Below the pieces are notes generated by a model. It had not been told where the DNA came from, made no database searches, and was given only the letters and a program-made list of their open reading frames with translations. Shown in pieces: positions 61,401 to 64,000 of a stretch of 64,000 nucleotides of DNA. A program made the translations under genes and the position numbers. Source of the DNA: Antedon mediterranea (Eukaryota; Animalia; Echinodermata); contig NC_092674.1 in NCBI RefSeq assembly GCF_964355755.1, positions 29,636,001 to 29,700,000 on the forward strand, given 5' to 3'. Numbering within the stretch: the first letter of the stretch is position 1; each line of letters starts with the position of its first letter.

Positions 61401-64000
61401 ATGGAAGATACTCAGCAACAGTCTGATAACATAGCACTTGAACATAACCAGATGTTACAAGATATTAATCGCCAACTTAATGCAGAAAAAGAAAATAATG
61501 AATATCTAAAATCTAAAATGAGTTCGGAAACGGAGAAGATGCAAAGAAATTTGGAAAATAAAAATATTGAGATAGAGAAACTAAGAAAAGAACTACAGAA
61601 TTTGAAAACTAGTTTAGAAGAAGAGCTTCAACAAAAAGACCGGACACTTCAGGAATCTAAAGAAGAGATTGCTAATTTGTCAGAAAAGGTTAATGAAGAG
61701 AGTGTGAAGAATGTGTCACTTCTGGATGAAATTACAAGACTTTCCACGGAGTTAGAATCTTATGCTAGAAATAACAAAGAATTGACCCAGAAATACGACG
61801 ATATGGGCAGTACTCTCCAGCAAGCTGCGAATAGCAACATTCTTCTTCAAGAAGAATTAGATCACACTAATGCACAAATGAACAAGCAAGACTCCAAGTT
61901 CCTTGAAATGAAAGTCCTTTTGGAAACCGAAATCACCGAAGAAAGACGACACACAGATAATTTACGAGAAGAACTGAACAGGAAGACGGCCGAGATGGGT
62001 AAGAAAACTAGTGAATGGGAAGAGAGAGAAGCAGAGTTGATGAAGGAAGCGAAAGAAGTAAACATTTTATTGTCGGGAGAGCAACGCAAATGCCAGAATT
62101 TGAAAGAAAGTCTTGAGGTTCTCCAAGATGAAGGAACTACAGCGGAAAGGACCAAGCAAGAGAGAGAAGAAGAACTAACTCAAAAAAATTTAGAGTTGAA
62201 AGACAAGTTAAACGAAGTAGAAACACAGTACGAACAAAACCTGAGCGCTATGGAGTTTTCAACTAAACAAATGAGAAGGAAGTGGGAAGAACTGAGAAAG
62301 AGTGCAGAACAACGACATGAAAAAGATATTGAGGAACTGAAAGAGAGGTATGTACAATTGTAGATTTTAAAACAGGTTGACCAGAGGTTTCAAATTTTTC
62401 AAATAGTCAACTCTCCCAATACCACATCTGGGCTGGCCTAATTTGTCTGGTTTTCCGGAAAGTTTGGTATTCAGAATTTGTTTTTAATGGTAAAAAATGA
62501 ATTTGGGACCCTTCTGTCCTCAAGAAAAGTTTTGGGAGAGTTGACTGTACTAAAGTCCAAAGTAAGTCAGGTCTAGGGAACTGGTTAACCAGAACTATTT
62601 ATGATTGTATATTTCAGGGAAAAATTTCATTTGAAAATTTTGTTTAGCAAAATTGCTAATCAAACTGATTTTTTAGTCAAGAAAGATAGTTTTGTATTGT
62701 ATTTTTTGCTACACAATTGTAGAAATGTGTAGCAAAAAGGTTGTTTTGTATAGCTTTTTGCTATGCTACACTGGCGAAATTATTCCCTGATTATTATTTA
62801 ATGTTTTTGATGCATTAATTTTCAAAGGTATGATCGTGAAATTGAGACAATGAAAAGAGGTTCTGTTGTCAAGGAAGACCTTCTTAGACAAGAGTTAGAA
62901 GCTTCCAAGTTGGAACTTGTCCAGACCAAGAAACAAGCCACTAGAGAAGCTGAAACTTTAAAAGAAACAAAGAAGCATCTGGAGGTTACTGCCAATGAAA
63001 AACTTGTTGTAATGCACAAACAAATGGAGAATGAACTTAACAGTTACAGTAAGAACAAATTAAAATTTCCCAGAATCTTGGAAAAATTTCTGGCGTGAAA
63101 TTATTTTTAGTTTAACATAACACATGGAGAGCTCCATAAGAGTGGCAATACTTTACTACTTTTGTGTAATCCTGTTGGGTATGGCTTTTGTTTTAAGTGC
63201 TATGCTAATATGTTTGCAAGAAACTTACATATTCATATGTAAAATAAATAAAAATAAACATTGAACATTTTTTGAGCTTTTAGAAACAGTAACACAATAT
63301 GGATATTTTTTTGCAGAGAAAAAAATGGAAAAGGAAGCTCAGCAGTACAAAGAAAAGGCGGAAAAACTACAGAAAGAGTTGACAAAGACATGCGTAAAGG
63401 CTGATGCATACAAGAACGATATAGAGAAGAAAGCAAATGAAAAACTACAAGAAATGAAGATGGAGATGAATCAAGCAAGGTCCGATTGGTCTGAAAAGGT
63501 AATTTGATTATACAGTAGAACACAACTTAAAGCTCTGTCTGACAAAAAAAGTGTTATCTGCCCAAATATGGTAGTGATATGACATCATCATATCCATATA
63601 TGGGTACATCACATTTTTTTGTCACAAAGTTTGATAGTGTAGACAGAGCTTTAGGCTGCAACAAAGTTTTTCATTAAATAGGAGTGTCCCCAACAGGGGT
63701 TAGCAAAGATCTTAAAATATGTATCTTCCATGTACATATGCAGGTTGTGTATGTCGAAATTAAGAATTGAATTCCTTGGGCGTTTCAATAGAAAGCTCTG
63801 ATTCTAATTTAGGTGATAAAGATAAATAGTAAACTCCAAAATAGTTGTTCAGCAGCTTGGAATACTGCATTTAAGTTTGTAGTGTTTCAGTTGTGTTTAA
63901 TTTGTTACATTTTCTCCTCGTTTGATTTTAAGCTGTTTGCATTGGAGAATGAAAATCACATTATAAAGTGCAAACTGGAGAAGCTTAACAAGAAAGTGCT
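55434..64000 (+). CDS. NUMA1: Nuclear mitotic apparatus protein-like (N-terminal Hook/CH-like domain + long coiled coil); runs off the window end
   Basis: N-terminus MPLNNGKLKCLVNW|INSIGVGNCIESLQQLNDGIHFIEILKI..ELAKITSLFL resembles the NuMA head. An SP-rich linker (PASP..SPIRKFMSSPQ) precedes extended heptad exons (60086-60468, 60830-62348 and others). Head-to-head position with LRRC51 matches the vertebrate locus. Confidence 0.75.
59469..59585. mobile_element. Short hairpin MITE
   Basis: tgctctccagaggggagggcttagatacgaaaaggtaaaagttccta ... taggaacttttaacttttcgtatcttagccctctctctaaagagca: ~47-bp inverted arms. Confidence 0.7.
63531..63650. mobile_element. MITE family A copy
   Basis: agctctgtct...gatagtgtagacagagct. 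Confidence 0.75.

Overview
AT-rich, intron-containing animal DNA, most likely from an invertebrate deuterostome (inferred from gene content and order). It holds six host genes, which I rebuilt by eye from GT-AG splice sites. (1) A cytosolic sulfotransferase (+, 2901-5826). (2) An ATRX orthologue (-, about 30396-9462) whose N-terminal exons are tandemly duplicated; one duplicate has decayed into a 3.3-kb 42-bp minisatellite. (3) A TNF-receptor-family protein with TROY/XEDAR/EDAR-type cysteine-rich domains, a Thr-rich stalk, a TM segment and a death domain (+, 41442-46453). (4) A PhyH-type Fe(II)/2OG dioxygenase (+, 48396-52102). (5) LRRC51 (-, 54021-53036), head-to-head with (6) a NUMA1-like gene (+, 55434 to beyond the window). 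Between ATRX and the TNFR gene is an apparently intact 7.7-kb Academ-type DNA transposon (32161-39902) with 16-bp TIRs, a CCA target-site duplication and a 7-exon, about 1605-aa transposase/XPG-like nuclease/CXC ORF. Introns carry several MITE families, a 5S-derived SINE, tRNA-like SINEs, a LINE fragment and many tandem repeats, often right at splice sites. No prokaryotic operon or CRISPR array is present. Family assignments come from recalled motifs, not database searches.
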